Numbered from the stretch's first letter, positions 49,946 to 60,332 are shown. The stretch: DNA of 64,000 nucleotides from Candidatus Beckwithbacteria bacterium GW2011_GWC1_49_16 (GCA_001029675.1 CP011210.1:128193-192192); one strand, 5' to 3'. The notes: generated by a model not told the origin, from the letters alone. Translations and numbers: made by a program.

Positions 49946-51519
49946 TGTTGACTAAGGTACATTCTTTGGCTAGCCGGGGTTTGGAAGCGATCGAAGTCGA
50001 GGTCGAAGTCAATGTCGCCGGCCGGGGTTTTCCCGGTTTTAACATCGTCGGCCTGCCCAACAAGGCCATTGAAGAAGCCAAAGAGCGGGTGAGGACCGCC
50101 CTGGTCAATTCCGGCGTCGAGTTTCCTCAAAAAAAGATTACCGTTAACATGGCTCCGGCAGACATTCCTAAAGAAGGTTCGGGTTACGACTTGCCGATAG
50201 CGGTGGGGATTTTGGCGGCTACGGGGGATATACCTTCCTTCGCCGAGGCTCCGGAGGGTAAGCCTTCGGCTTATTTTTACGGCGAGCTGGGCTTGGACGG
50301 CAAACTGCGGCATACCCGGGGCGTGTTTTTGCTAGGGATGCTAGCCAAAGACAAAGGCGTCAACCAAGTTTTTGTCCCCAAACTGTCAGCCAACGAGGCG
50401 GCAGTAGTGTCGGGGATAAAAGTTTATCCGGTGGGGGATTTATTGAAACTGGTAAGGCACTTAAGACAAGAAAAAGTCATCCGGCCGCTCAAAACCATGC
50501 CGACGAAAGAGGTGATCAGCGAGGCGGAAGTGGAGTTTGATTTTGCCGAAGTGGCCGGCCAGGAGCAGGCCAAACGGGCCTTGGAGATTGCCGCGGCCGG
50601 GGGCCACAACGTGTTTATGGCCGGGCCGCCGGGAGCGGGTAAGACCATGTTGGCCCGGGCTTTGCCGGGGATTTTGCCGGAGCTGACCGAGGCTGAAGCT
50701 TTGGAAGTAACCAAGATTTACTCGGTGACCGGCAACATCGAGCCCGGCGGCGGTTTGATAAGAAGGCGGCCGTTTCGGACGCCGCACCATACTACATCAA
50801 GAGCCGGCCTGGTCGGCGGCGGCTCCAAGCCGATGCCAGGAGAAATTAGTTTAGCTCATCGCGGGGTTTTATTTTTGGACGAGTTTGCCGAGTACACCCG
50901 CTCAACCTTGGAAGCCTTGCGTCAGCCGATGGAAGATGGGGTGGTGTCGGTGGTTCGGGCCGCCGGCACGGTCAAATTTCCGGCCAAGTTCATGCTGGTG
51001 GCGGCTGCCAACCCTTGCCCCTGCGGCTTTTTGACTCACCCGAAAAAAGAATGTAAGTGTTCTTTGGGGCAGATCAAGCGTTACCAAAAGAGGCTTTCGG
51101 GGCCGATTCTGGACCGGATCGACCTTCACGTCAACGTGCCCTTTGTGGAGATCGAAAAACTAAGGCAGCGTCACACTCCCGGAGTGAAAGATGTTCACAC
51201 TCCGGGAGTGGAATCTTCGGAGGTGATCAGGGAACGGATAAAACTAGCCAGAAAGGCACAGGTGGTAAGATTCAGCGACGAACCCGGGCTATTTGCCAAC
51301 GCCGAGATGAGAAATAAACAGGTGAAAAAATATTGCCGGTTAAATAGCGAGGTAGAAAATTTGCTGCAGCAGGCGGCGGTGAGCTTTAACTTGTCGGCGC
51401 GAAGCTATTTTCGTTTGATCAAAGTGGCCCGAACCATTGCCGATCTTGCCGGAGAGAAAGAGATTGCCACCTCCCACATGGCCGAAGCGCTGCAGTACCG
51501 GATCAGGGAAGATAGTTGA
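49945..51519 (+). CDS. comM: ComM/YifB AAA+ ATPase
   Basis: IVGLP...EA.ERV, K.GS.YDLPIA, GPPGAGKT, HRGVLFLDE, NPCPCG, RLSGPILDRID. Confidence 0.95.
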   Translation: MLTKVHSLASRGLEAIEVEVEVNVAGRGFPGFNIVGLPNKAIEEAKERVRTALVNSGVEFPQKKITVNMAPADIPKEGSGYDLPIAVGILAATGDIPSFAEAPEGKPSAYFYGELGLDGKLRHTRGVFLLGMLAKDKGVNQVFVPKLSANEAAVVSGIKVYPVGDLLKLVRHLRQEKVIRPLKTMPTKEVISEAEVEFDFAEVAGQEQAKRALEIAAAGGHNVFMAGPPGAGKTMLARALPGILPELTEAEALEVTKIYSVTGNIEPGGGLIRRRPFRTPHHTTSRAGLVGGGSKPMPGEISLAHRGVLFLDEFAEYTRSTLEALRQPMEDGVVSVVRAAGTVKFPAKFMLVAAANPCPCGFLTHPKKECKCSLGQIKRYQKRLSGPILDRIDLHVNVPFVEIEKLRQRHTPGVKDVHTPGVESSEVIRERIKLARKAQVVRFSDEPGLFANAEMRNKQVKKYCRLNSEVENLLQQAAVSFNLSARSYFRLIKVARTIADLAGEKEIATSHMAEALQYRIREDS

Positions 51520-51552
51520 TTGTCGATCGTAGATAGTAGATAGTAGATTAAG
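51511..51552. repeat. heptamer array GATNGTN x5-6 (left flank of four-helix-bundle gene)
   Basis: GATAGTT GATTGTC GATCGTA GATAGTA GATAGTA GATTAAG. Confidence 0.8.
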
Positions 51553-51554
51553 AG

Positions 51555-51914
51555 ATGATAAATAACTTTGATAAACTAGATGCTTGGAAGAAAGCTCACG
51601 GTTTGGCATTGAAGATTTACAAATTAGCAGAAAATTTTCCACGAACAGAGAGGTTTGGTTTGGTAAGCCAGATTTGTCGGGCTGCAAGTTCGGTTCCGGC
51701 AAATATAGTCGAGGGTAACAGCAGACAAAGCAAGAAAGAATATGCTCAGTTTTTGTTTCAAGCCAAGGGTTCTTTGAGTGAAGTTCAGTATTTTTTAATT
51801 TTAGCTAGAGATTTAAAGTTTATTAGCGACCAGCAAGCTAAAGAATTGATGAATGACTGTGATGATGTGTCGAGGTTAATAGCCGGACTAATTAAATATT
51901 TACGGAAGGGCTAA
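51555..51914 (+). CDS. four helix bundle protein (23S rRNA IVP / Avd-like fold family)
   Basis: F.KL.AW.KA..L, FP..E.FGL.SQ..RA..SV.ANI.EG, A.GSL.E. Confidence 0.92.
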   Translation: MINNFDKLDAWKKAHGLALKIYKLAENFPRTERFGLVSQICRAASSVPANIVEGNSRQSKKEYAQFLFQAKGSLSEVQYFLILARDLKFISDQQAKELMNDCDDVSRLIAGLIKYLRKG

Positions 51915-51916
51915 TA

Positions 51917-51951
51917 AATAGTCAACGATCGATGATCAACAACCTATAATC
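51917..51951. repeat. heptamer array NAYNATC x5 (right flank, inverted relative to left)
   Basis: AATAGTC AACGATC GATGATC AACAACC TATAATC. Confidence 0.65.
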
Positions 51952-51956
51952 TAATT

Positions 51957-52313
51957 ATGCGTCAGCATAATGTCGCCCGCGGTAAACAAGGTGAAAATTT
52001 GGCGGTGAAGTTTTTACAAGAGAAGGGCTATCGGATTTTGGAAAGAAACTTTCGGACCCGGTTTGGCGAGGTCGATATTGTGGCTAAAGATGGTCAGGCG
52101 TTGGTGTTTGTGGAGGTTAAGACTAAAAGCAGCGATAGTTTTGGTGAGCCCTGGGAGATGGTGGATGAGCGCAAGCTGGAGCAGGTCAAGAAGATGGCCC
52201 AAGTTTATCTACAATCTAAAAACTACAATCAACAATCTATGCGCTTGCGCATCGACGTAGTCGGGGTGTGGCTTGATTCGGGTAAACTTAAGCACTGGCA
52301 GGCGGTTTATTGA
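51957..52313 (+). CDS. yraN: YraN family nuclease
   Basis: G..GE.LA..FL...GY.IL.RNFR...GEVDIVA, FVEVK, RIDVV. Confidence 0.95.
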   Translation: MRQHNVARGKQGENLAVKFLQEKGYRILERNFRTRFGEVDIVAKDGQALVFVEVKTKSSDSFGEPWEMVDERKLEQVKKMAQVYLQSKNYNQQSMRLRIDVVGVWLDSGKLKHWQAVY

Positions 52314-55300
52314 GGTTCCAGGCGAATAATCCACCAGTTAAACTCCAAATCATAAGGCAAAGATTTATTGATGGCGACTTTAAACCATTCTTTCTCTTTT
52401 TTGGCTAGAACATAAAGGACTTGGTTTTGGGGGTCGCCTATGGGGGTGACGTAAGTTAAGGTGTCGGCGGAGACATGAGGCGTAAAGACGGTGAATTCGG
52501 TTAGACCTGCGGGCAGAGTAGCCTTGCCGGCAGTGGCGTTGGTGGCAATCGAAGACGAAGCGGTTGCCTCCTCGGAGGTGGCTGTAGCAATCACCAAGCC
52601 TTCGGTGGTAACTTCTTTGAAACTAGCCGAGCCGGTGCTGACCAAATTTTGGGTGAGTAATTCCTCAAAGTGACCTTGGTTGGCGGTAACTTTTTCGGCG
52701 ATAAGGTTGCCGGTTACAGTCAGATTGCCGTTTATTACCACGTTGCCGGAGGCGTCCAGGGTCATCAGGCCGGCGAGTAAGTTGATGGCACCCACACCTG
52801 AAGGTTGAAGATAAAGGGTATTATCAAGGGAGGAAATGGAGTTTGAAGTTAAAAGTAGGTTGTCGTTTAGGTTTAAGCTATTGGTAACTTTAAGATCGGT
52901 GATGGTGGCTTGGCCGAGGACTGCCAGGTAGTCGGAGAAGAAACCAAAGCTAGCTTCGACCGAATCCAAGCGCAGGTTAGCCGAAGCCGAGGCTTCGATA
53001 GTTTGTAGATTGTAGATCGTAGTTTGTAAGTTTGGATCTTTGTCGGAGGTGTCTAGGTTTTCTGCAGATAAGGTTTGGTCGCGGTATTTTTGGGCTAGAT
53101 CGGCTATTTTTTCTCTCAAGCCTTCGATTTGGCCGGCTTTGATCTTGCCAGCAATAAGCTCGTCGGTAACCACTCTGTCGGCTACCAGCGTGCCTTGAAC
53201 ATCTAATGCTAATTGACTCCCCGGGGTGGCGCTTGACGACTCCCTGGGGTGGCTTGGCGCGATTACCACCGGGCCTTCAATAGTAATCGCGCCGTTGTCT
53301 GCCAGGGGGGAGATAAAGTCGGTGACCAGTTTGTCGGTTTCGACGGTAGGAGAGATGATTTTATTGGCAAACAGGTTACCTGCCACGTTGGCGGCGCCGT
53401 CGACGGCCAATTCTTTGGCCTCGATAAGGCCCGCTTTTACGTGGGCGATGGTGGCGGAAGCGTAAGCAGTTGCCCGAGTAATTAAATTACCCAGAGTGTC
53501 GGTTAACCGGTAAGAAGTCAGAGTGGCCGAGTCGGTGGCCGGGTCGGCGGCAGTGATGTCTAGCTCACCGGCATCAGTTAAGCGGATGCCCGGGTCGTAC
53601 CAACCGAGGTTAACAAAGACCATGATCCGGTCGCCGCCGTTTAACGGGTCCCAGGGCTCGAGCGCCTTGCCGATGATTTGGCCCGGCTCGGTCGCTTTCA
53701 TGGCTTTGCCGGGTTCGGAAGAGCTAGTTAAAGCGTCGCCGATCATGATAGGGGCAGAGGCGCGGGAGATTTTCACCGGCACCCGGCCGGCCAACGCCAC
53801 AGCCCGCTTGGCCGAGTCAGAGGCGGTGTCGCTAGCGCCCAGAACGAAACCAGGCTCGGTTGAGACGACGCCAAGTAACTGGAGATCATAAGGCTTGTCT
53901 GCTTTATGTAAAACGGCCTCAGTGACAACTTTTTGAGTGCCGTCGGGTTCGGTGATGTCGGTGGTGCCGACTTCGCCGATGACCACCACGTCGGCCGCGC
54001 CGATTGACGGGTCGCCGGAAACATAGTACTCGGCTACGTCAGCGGCCGTGGTATTAACCTTACCTGCAAACAGCGTGCCGTAGCCGTTGTATTCAGAAAG
54101 TAAGGTTCTGCCGGCAGAGGCGGCCCCGCCGTTGCCCGTGTCGGCACCGCCACTTGCTCCTGCTCCGAGGTTGCAGGCTCCAGAACCTCCCCCGGTACCG
54201 TTTTTACCTCCACCCCCGCCCCCACCAGCATCCAAAGCTCCGACGTCCGCACAACTGCCGCCGTTTCCACCTGTGGCGCCTGTAGCTCCACTTCCTGCAG
54301 TAGCTTGGTAAGTGCCCTCGGTGAGATTGCTACTAATAAGCCAAACTGTCCCTCCGGCACCACCACCACCACCTCCTCCTCCTCCTCCACCGCCACCTCC
54401 ACCAGAAGCACGATCACCGGACGCGCCGACTGACCCGTCAGTTCCAGCAGTGGCAGTTGAGGGATTTGAAGGAGTTTCTCCATTAGCTCTAATTGTGCTG
54501 CTGTTAGTGAGAGTGTTTGCAGAAATAACTACAATGCCGCCGCCAATACCGCCGTTTCCTCCATTAGATCCGGCACCGCCAGCGGCGGTGTTAGCGCTAG
54601 CGCTGATTGTGGCACAGGCACTTTCACCACCACCACCACCACCTCCACCACCACCACCTCCTCCACCCATGAAGAGAGTCGAAAGAGTGCTGTTGCCTCT
54701 GGCAGAGTCGGCTGATCCGGCCGTACCCTCAGCCGTCCCACCAGCTCCGTCGGGCCCGGCTCCACTACCACCATCAGCACCAGTGGTTCCGGCAGTTGAG
54801 GCCGCGCCATAAGCTCCGCCTCCGCCGCCTCCGCCCGCTTCTGCACCGCCTCCGCCACCTGCATCACCACTTAGGTATGAGCCATGCTGACCAAGATCAC
54901 CTCCTGCGCCTAATCCTCCACTACTTGAAGGGCCACCTCCAGTTGTACCGTCGCTGCCGTCTGTACCGTCATTACCATTGATCGAGCCGGTGCCGGAGCA
55001 GTTTGCTGCTCCAGTACCTCCGCTGCCACCGCTACCGCCTGTTCCTCCGGCATACCCCAGTTCGTTGCCCTCGACGGTGCCGCTATTTATGAATGTGCCG
55101 TTGGCTTTGATATAGAGGACTCCTCCTACGCCGGTTCCACTGTCCCAGGCGGAAGCAGTAAAAGTGGTCGAGGAGTTGATAGTAACATCGTTGTATTGGG
55201 GAATTCTAACTACTTGGGCTCCTGTTGATTGATAGTCGTTTTGAAGATTGGCAGTAAAGGTGATGATCCCGTTAGTTGAGTCGATGGCGTCTATCTCCAT

Positions 55301-58300
55301 AATGTCGTAGTTACCGGCACCGGTGCCGGTCATTTGGATAACGATTACATGATCGCCCACCGTATAGTTAGGCGATGAATCGCTTACCGTGACTCTGTTG
55401 GTGTAGGATGCGGCAGCAGTGATGTCTATAGCTTCGCAGTCAAAATTTGAGTCACTGTCTGGCCCGTCCGTTGTAGAGCAGTTGAATGGTGTGTTGACTT
55501 GATTGCCGGTGGCGCCGCTGGTGACCACTTCAATGTCGCCGTCACCCCCGTCGCCATAGCGGTCGTTCGTTAGGTCGTTAGTGTCAAACCTTCCCTTAAC
55601 CGTGCCGGAGGAGTTGAGGAAAAAGATCGAGGAGTTGCCGGCAACGCCGGTCGTGGTACCGCCGGCTTGGAGACGGAGAGAATCGGTGGAGTCGCCGATG
55701 ATGTTACCCGTTAAGGTAATATCACCTGAAACATCTAGTTCTTGACCTGGAGTGTTCGTGCCGATACCGACAGAGTTTACGTTATCATCGACATAAAGGG
55801 TGTTACCGTCAAAGGAGATATCGCCGTTGTTGGTGGTGCCGGTGACAATATACATATGCGTTTCGGTGTTGTCTTCGTTGGTAAAGCGGATTTGAGAGCT
55901 AGCCGAGTCGTCGTCGCCGGTAATGACTAAATTATTGGTGATGTTGTTAATGAATGAGTCGGTGCCGTCGTGATAGAAAGCCAGATCTTCTCCCACACCG
56001 ATGGTCAGGCCAGCGGTTGACCCGTCGGTGACAAGTTCTAGTTGGCCGGCATTAGTTAGGGTCATGCGGGTTGTTGCCGAAGCCGAGGCGGTAAAAATGG
56101 GACCAGAGCCTAATTGGTCTACTTGTAAAGTAGCCGCCCCGCCGGAATTGTTTTGAACCATGGTGATGCCGTTTGAAGCAGGGGCGATGGTTAAGTTAGC
56201 AGCATCAGTGGTGCCTAAGGTTAGATCGGTGCCGTCAGAGGAAAAGGTAAAGTAATCACCGGTGTCGTTATCTGGTTGGAGGAAAATGTCCGAGGCAGAG
56301 ATGAAAGTCAGGTTGCCGGTGTTATTGTCGATAAACGAGTCGGTGCCGTCGTGATAAAGGTCCAAGTCGTTGCCGGTGCCCAGATAAAGGTGTTTGCTGT
56401 CTAAAATGTTGATGTTGCCGGCCACAATCAAAGAGGTGCCGGTGGCGGCCGGGTCAAGGTAGTAAGTGTCGTCGGCCAGGTCAGTATAGCGCTGGTAGTA
56501 GGCGTAGCCGTTGGTGTCGAGACGAAACTTGGTCACTCCCGAAGCCGAGGCGGTCAGTAAGTCGCCTGTGCCTAACTGGTCGATGACCACCAAGGCGTCG
56601 CCGCCGGCATTTGATTGGACCAAAAAGTGTTCGTTAGACTCCAAAGCCAGTTTTAATGAGCCGGCGTTTTGCGTCCAGGTGGCAAAGGTGGTGGCAGCGT
56701 CTTTGAAAAAGATGTCGGCGCCGTCGGCGTCAAGGATAATATCGCCGGAACTGTCCAAAGTCATGTCGCCGGTCGAGTTTAAAGTCAGGGTGCCGGTGGG
56801 GGTAATATCCAGGTTGCCGTCAGAGGTAATGCTGTCGCCGTTGACGGCCAAGGTGCCGGCCAGAGTGATGGAGTCGTCAAGATTAATGGTAACGGTGTCG
56901 GTGGCCGAGTCAACCGTGGTGATATTGGTGCCGCCGGCAATGGTTAAAGTGTTTCCCTGGGTGATGGCTTGGCCGCCTCCCGAGTCACCGGCGGCGGTAA
57001 AGAGCGTTCCGGAAACTTGGGCAACGGGAATTGTTCCTGTTGAACTAATCACTTCTGTGCCGTTGACCCTAAGAACCGAATCCCAACCAGATCCTACATT
57101 AATCGCGTATTCGGTAGCGCCTCCGGCCGAAGTCAAAGCGCCGATATTTAAGCCGTAAAGATTGCCTGCCGCCGGGCCGGAGGTGGTGGGGGCGACAATA
57201 TTAAGACCGCTCATGGTACCGCCGGTAACAATGGCGCCGGAAGCAGGCACCAGTACCCGGACGCCGTCGGCGTTGACCGTTCCCGTCGTCTGGGTGATAA
57301 CCGGCAGGGTAACATTTAGTCCCCGCCAATTAATCGTGCCGGCGGCTGTGTCCTGGGTTAAAGCGGCCGCGGCCGAGAGGTTGTAACCGGTGTAAGTAGT
57401 GGTGTTGGCGGCTGACTGGGTAAGAGCCGGGGTTTGGACGTTAGTGCCGGTAACATCCAAATCAGTCGCCCCGGTTAAGTTGCTGTTGAGGTTTAAGGAT
57501 AGACCGGTGATGTCGCCGCCTGATTGGGTGGTAGCGCCGGCAAAATCGGCGTTGATCAGGGTGCCGTTAGTCCATTCGGTTTCCAGAACATAATCGGTGA
57601 AAGTGCCGGTTGTTCCCGGAGTGAAGCTTAGTTGTCCAGAGGAATTTACCTGGAACAGATCGCCGTTGCCGACAGTGAAGAGGGATGCGGGGGTTGAATC
57701 ACCTACACCCACGTTGCCGTTTTCGTCGAGCGTCATTCTGATCCCAGAAGATCCAGCGTTCATGGTGGTGAAGTAGAGTTCTCCCGAGTTTTCACTAGTA
57801 CCTTCAACGAGGGTGTATATGGAAGCAATTGTGTTGTTTGCGCTACCCGCATGGAAACTGATCATGCCGATCCTTTTACCGTCAGCAATGTTGTTGCTAG
57901 TTTTAGAAAACTCAAGATATGAGCCGTTGAGGCTATCCGAGGTGTCCACTAGTGTTATCGCCGGTTCCGAACTTGAGTTGATTCCGGGAGTGGTGGTACG
58001 AAGTCCAAGCTGACCAGCGCCATCGAGGGTCATTTTAACGGCCCCTGCGTCGCCGCTGGCGTTGTCGGTGAAAAAGTCCATTCTGGAGGAAGGTCTGGTA
58101 TTACCGAAATTTCCTTCTGCTAAAACTCTAATGTAGCCTGCTGTATTTGAAGTTAAAGTAGAGTCGTTGGAATAGAAACTTAGCGTTCCGATTACTTCCC
58201 CTGATAAGACTGTTATGTCGTTGCGGCTAAGCGTGAGTGTGGGTCCTCCGGTACTTTCTATCTCCAGGTTGCTTATAGGGTCGGCTGTACCTATGCCAAC

Positions 58301-59950
58301 TCGATCGGTGCTGGCGTCAATAGAAAGAGTATTGGAATCAAAATTCAAGGCATCGGCGGCGGCGTTTAAGGTGACGTCGACGGTTTGGTTAGAGAGGTCA
58401 ATTACGCCCGTGTTAATAGCCAAGTTGCCGGTGGTAGAGCCACCTAGCGTTAAGGTTTGGGCATTGGTGGTGCCCAGGTTGCCCAAGCCGGTCAGAAAAG
58501 CAGCGTTGTTGCCGGAACTGGCGGAGATAGTGGCGGTGGGGGTGCCGGAGTTGACGTTGATGAAGCCGAATTTGGCAGAGGCGGTGGCGGTGTTGCCGAT
58601 CAAAACATCCAGAGTGTCATTTATGGGGGATAAAGCGCCCTCGCTGAGGCGCCAGTAGACAGTGCCGCCGCCGGTATCATCGCTGCCGCAGGTTAAAATG
58701 CCGGAACCATCGGTTTCGAGTGCTGTGCAGGTAATAAAATCGGTTAGGATAATGTCGTCAACGGCGTTTAAGGTAATATCAGAGCCAGCGCCGGTGGTTT
58801 GCAGGGTGAGAGAAGAACCGTCGATGGTGATGGCGTCGCCGCCATCACCTAAAGTGACCGCGCCATCAGCGTCTAAAGCCCCGGCAATATAGGTGGCTCC
58901 GGTCCGGCCAACCGTAAACACCTCTGTTTCTGAGGCGCCGGAGGAGAGGTTTAACAGGTCTCCGGTGGCGGTGTCGTTGCCGACGTAGCCGGAAATTAAG
59001 TGGCCGGAGGTGAGAGAAGCGTTGGTAGCGCGGATAAAGTTAGTCGAGGTGGTAGAGCCGGTGAGCAGCAGTTGGCCGGTGCCGTCAGGGGCGATGGTGA
59101 TGGCGCCGTTGGTGCCGGTGTCGGTGACGATCGATAAGGCTTGGCCTTTGATGGCAAAGGTGCCCGAGGTGGAGTAGACCTGGGGGTTGGCGGCGGCAAT
59201 GACCAGGTCGCCCTCTTGGGTTAAGACCGGGATTTGGTCGGCCGAGGCCGAGGCCGAAGGAGGGAAGCCCCGCAAAGTCTCGGCGTTTAAGGCATAGGCG
59301 ACGGTGGCGATTTGCTGGCGCGGGGTGGCCTCAGGGTCGGTCTCGACGGTGACTCCCAGCCAGAGGTCGGCGTTTTCGGTAAAGACACTGGAGGCGATAG
59401 AGGTTTCAGTGCCCAAAAGGACCGAGAAGATGCCGTCTTGGTCGGGGTCGAGGTAGCGCTGCTCCTCCCAAAGTTTAGCCGAGCCGGAGGCGGTTTCGTC
59501 GTCGTAAATGATAAACCTAAAGTCGGTGGGCACGGTGATGGGGTTGTCGGAAGTGTCGGTCAGCCGGGCCTGAAATGACAGGTAGCGGTTGGGAGTAGTG
59601 GGGCTGGGAGCTTGGGGGTAGGCTTGGCCGAGGAAGACCTCCTGGAAAATTTGTTTGTAGCCAAAGATGCCTAAAGCCACGGCAAACAGGACCAAAAGGG
59701 ATAGGTTGAGGTAGCTGGCGATGCTTAAAGAGTGGTATTTTTGGTAGAGTTTGCCAAAGCTGATACCTTTTGACCTAGTTTGTATGAGTTTTCTAGAGGG
59801 GGGGTGAGGGTAGTGGTGTTTGGCCCAGGCAGAAAAGCGGTTGAGTGAAGAAATTTTGCGTTTAATGGTGGCTGATGGAACCTTTTGGGCCGCCAAATGC
59901 TTTTTATAGCGGGAAATGAGCTTTTTACTGGTAAGAGTAGTCAGGTCCAT
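52307..59950 (-). CDS. giant (2547 aa) membrane-anchored fibre/adhesin-like protein with N-terminal integrase SAM-like segment
   Basis: YKKHL....PSATIKRKISSLNRF..W, then TM, Thr/Gly/Asp-rich beta repeats (GNVGVG, VGIGT), Gly-rich domain, ADVAEYY...GVVST.PG...VALAGRVPVK module. Confidence 0.85.
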   Translation of the reverse strand: MDLTTLTSKKLISRYKKHLAAQKVPSATIKRKISSLNRFSAWAKHHYPHPPSRKLIQTRSKGISFGKLYQKYHSLSIASYLNLSLLVLFAVALGIFGYKQIFQEVFLGQAYPQAPSPTTPNRYLSFQARLTDTSDNPITVPTDFRFIIYDDETASGSAKLWEEQRYLDPDQDGIFSVLLGTETSIASSVFTENADLWLGVTVETDPEATPRQQIATVAYALNAETLRGFPPSASASADQIPVLTQEGDLVIAAANPQVYSTSGTFAIKGQALSIVTDTGTNGAITIAPDGTGQLLLTGSTTSTNFIRATNASLTSGHLISGYVGNDTATGDLLNLSSGASETEVFTVGRTGATYIAGALDADGAVTLGDGGDAITIDGSSLTLQTTGAGSDITLNAVDDIILTDFITCTALETDGSGILTCGSDDTGGGTVYWRLSEGALSPINDTLDVLIGNTATASAKFGFINVNSGTPTATISASSGNNAAFLTGLGNLGTTNAQTLTLGGSTTGNLAINTGVIDLSNQTVDVTLNAAADALNFDSNTLSIDASTDRVGIGTADPISNLEIESTGGPTLTLSRNDITVLSGEVIGTLSFYSNDSTLTSNTAGYIRVLAEGNFGNTRPSSRMDFFTDNASGDAGAVKMTLDGAGQLGLRTTTPGINSSSEPAITLVDTSDSLNGSYLEFSKTSNNIADGKRIGMISFHAGSANNTIASIYTLVEGTSENSGELYFTTMNAGSSGIRMTLDENGNVGVGDSTPASLFTVGNGDLFQVNSSGQLSFTPGTTGTFTDYVLETEWTNGTLINADFAGATTQSGGDITGLSLNLNSNLTGATDLDVTGTNVQTPALTQSAANTTTYTGYNLSAAAALTQDTAAGTINWRGLNVTLPVITQTTGTVNADGVRVLVPASGAIVTGGTMSGLNIVAPTTSGPAAGNLYGLNIGALTSAGGATEYAINVGSGWDSVLRVNGTEVISSTGTIPVAQVSGTLFTAAGDSGGGQAITQGNTLTIAGGTNITTVDSATDTVTINLDDSITLAGTLAVNGDSITSDGNLDITPTGTLTLNSTGDMTLDSSGDIILDADGADIFFKDAATTFATWTQNAGSLKLALESNEHFLVQSNAGGDALVVIDQLGTGDLLTASASGVTKFRLDTNGYAYYQRYTDLADDTYYLDPAATGTSLIVAGNINILDSKHLYLGTGNDLDLYHDGTDSFIDNNTGNLTFISASDIFLQPDNDTGDYFTFSSDGTDLTLGTTDAANLTIAPASNGITMVQNNSGGAATLQVDQLGSGPIFTASASATTRMTLTNAGQLELVTDGSTAGLTIGVGEDLAFYHDGTDSFINNITNNLVITGDDDSASSQIRFTNEDNTETHMYIVTGTTNNGDISFDGNTLYVDDNVNSVGIGTNTPGQELDVSGDITLTGNIIGDSTDSLRLQAGGTTTGVAGNSSIFFLNSSGTVKGRFDTNDLTNDRYGDGGDGDIEVVTSGATGNQVNTPFNCSTTDGPDSDSNFDCEAIDITAAASYTNRVTVSDSSPNYTVGDHVIVIQMTGTGAGNYDIMEIDAIDSTNGIITFTANLQNDYQSTGAQVVRIPQYNDVTINSSTTFTASAWDSGTGVGGVLYIKANGTFINSGTVEGNELGYAGGTGGSGGSGGTGAANCSGTGSINGNDGTDGSDGTTGGGPSSSGGLGAGGDLGQHGSYLSGDAGGGGGAEAGGGGGGGAYGAASTAGTTGADGGSGAGPDGAGGTAEGTAGSADSARGNSTLSTLFMGGGGGGGGGGGGGGESACATISASANTAAGGAGSNGGNGGIGGGIVVISANTLTNSSTIRANGETPSNPSTATAGTDGSVGASGDRASGGGGGGGGGGGGGGGAGGTVWLISSNLTEGTYQATAGSGATGATGGNGGSCADVGALDAGGGGGGGKNGTGGGSGACNLGAGASGGADTGNGGAASAGRTLLSEYNGYGTLFAGKVNTTAADVAEYYVSGDPSIGAADVVVIGEVGTTDITEPDGTQKVVTEAVLHKADKPYDLQLLGVVSTEPGFVLGASDTASDSAKRAVALAGRVPVKISRASAPIMIGDALTSSSEPGKAMKATEPGQIIGKALEPWDPLNGGDRIMVFVNLGWYDPGIRLTDAGELDITAADPATDSATLTSYRLTDTLGNLITRATAYASATIAHVKAGLIEAKELAVDGAANVAGNLFANKIISPTVETDKLVTDFISPLADNGAITIEGPVVIAPSHPRESSSATPGSQLALDVQGTLVADRVVTDELIAGKIKAGQIEGLREKIADLAQKYRDQTLSAENLDTSDKDPNLQTTIYNLQTIEASASANLRLDSVEASFGFFSDYLAVLGQATITDLKVTNSLNLNDNLLLTSNSISSLDNTLYLQPSGVGAINLLAGLMTLDASGNVVINGNLTVTGNLIAEKVTANQGHFEELLTQNLVSTGSASFKEVTTEGLVIATATSEEATASSSIATNATAGKATLPAGLTEFTVFTPHVSADTLTYVTPIGDPQNQVLYVLAKKEKEWFKVAINKSLPYDLEFNWWIIRLEPQ

Positions 59951-60332
59951 AGTCAGATTGTTTCTTGGGGTGGGTTAGCGGTCAGGACTAACAAGTGATA
60001 ATAAATAAAAATCGGCATTTTAGCTTGATTTACAGCTTTAATTAAAGAAATCAGCGGCTCAAAAAACCGGCCTAACAGGGGTGAAAACATAATCGGTGAA
60101 AAGGGGCTATAGGTTGGGTTTGATACAAAAAAGCGGGGTAGGGCAGGTAAAAGCAGTTTTAGCGCTATAATTGTGTTATAGGTTATGTTTTTTGTAGAAA
60201 GTTTACCAAGTTTATGCGGAGAATTGGACAGATAATTAGCGTCTTGGCTATAGAAAATTTTTAGTTTCATAAGTGTAAAAGTTAAGGTGGTTATTAAAAT
60301 CAACGAATGTGAAAGTTTATTGTTATCTGTTA

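Noticed and set aside
51555-51914. Avd-like gene as part of a diversity-generating retroelement
   Set aside because: No reverse transcriptase and no TR/VR pair with adenine-specific mismatches seen in the window.
54350-54860. CCA/CCT-rich repeats and poly-Pro ORFs on the + strand
   Set aside because: Antisense shadow of the Gly-rich domain of the giant protein.
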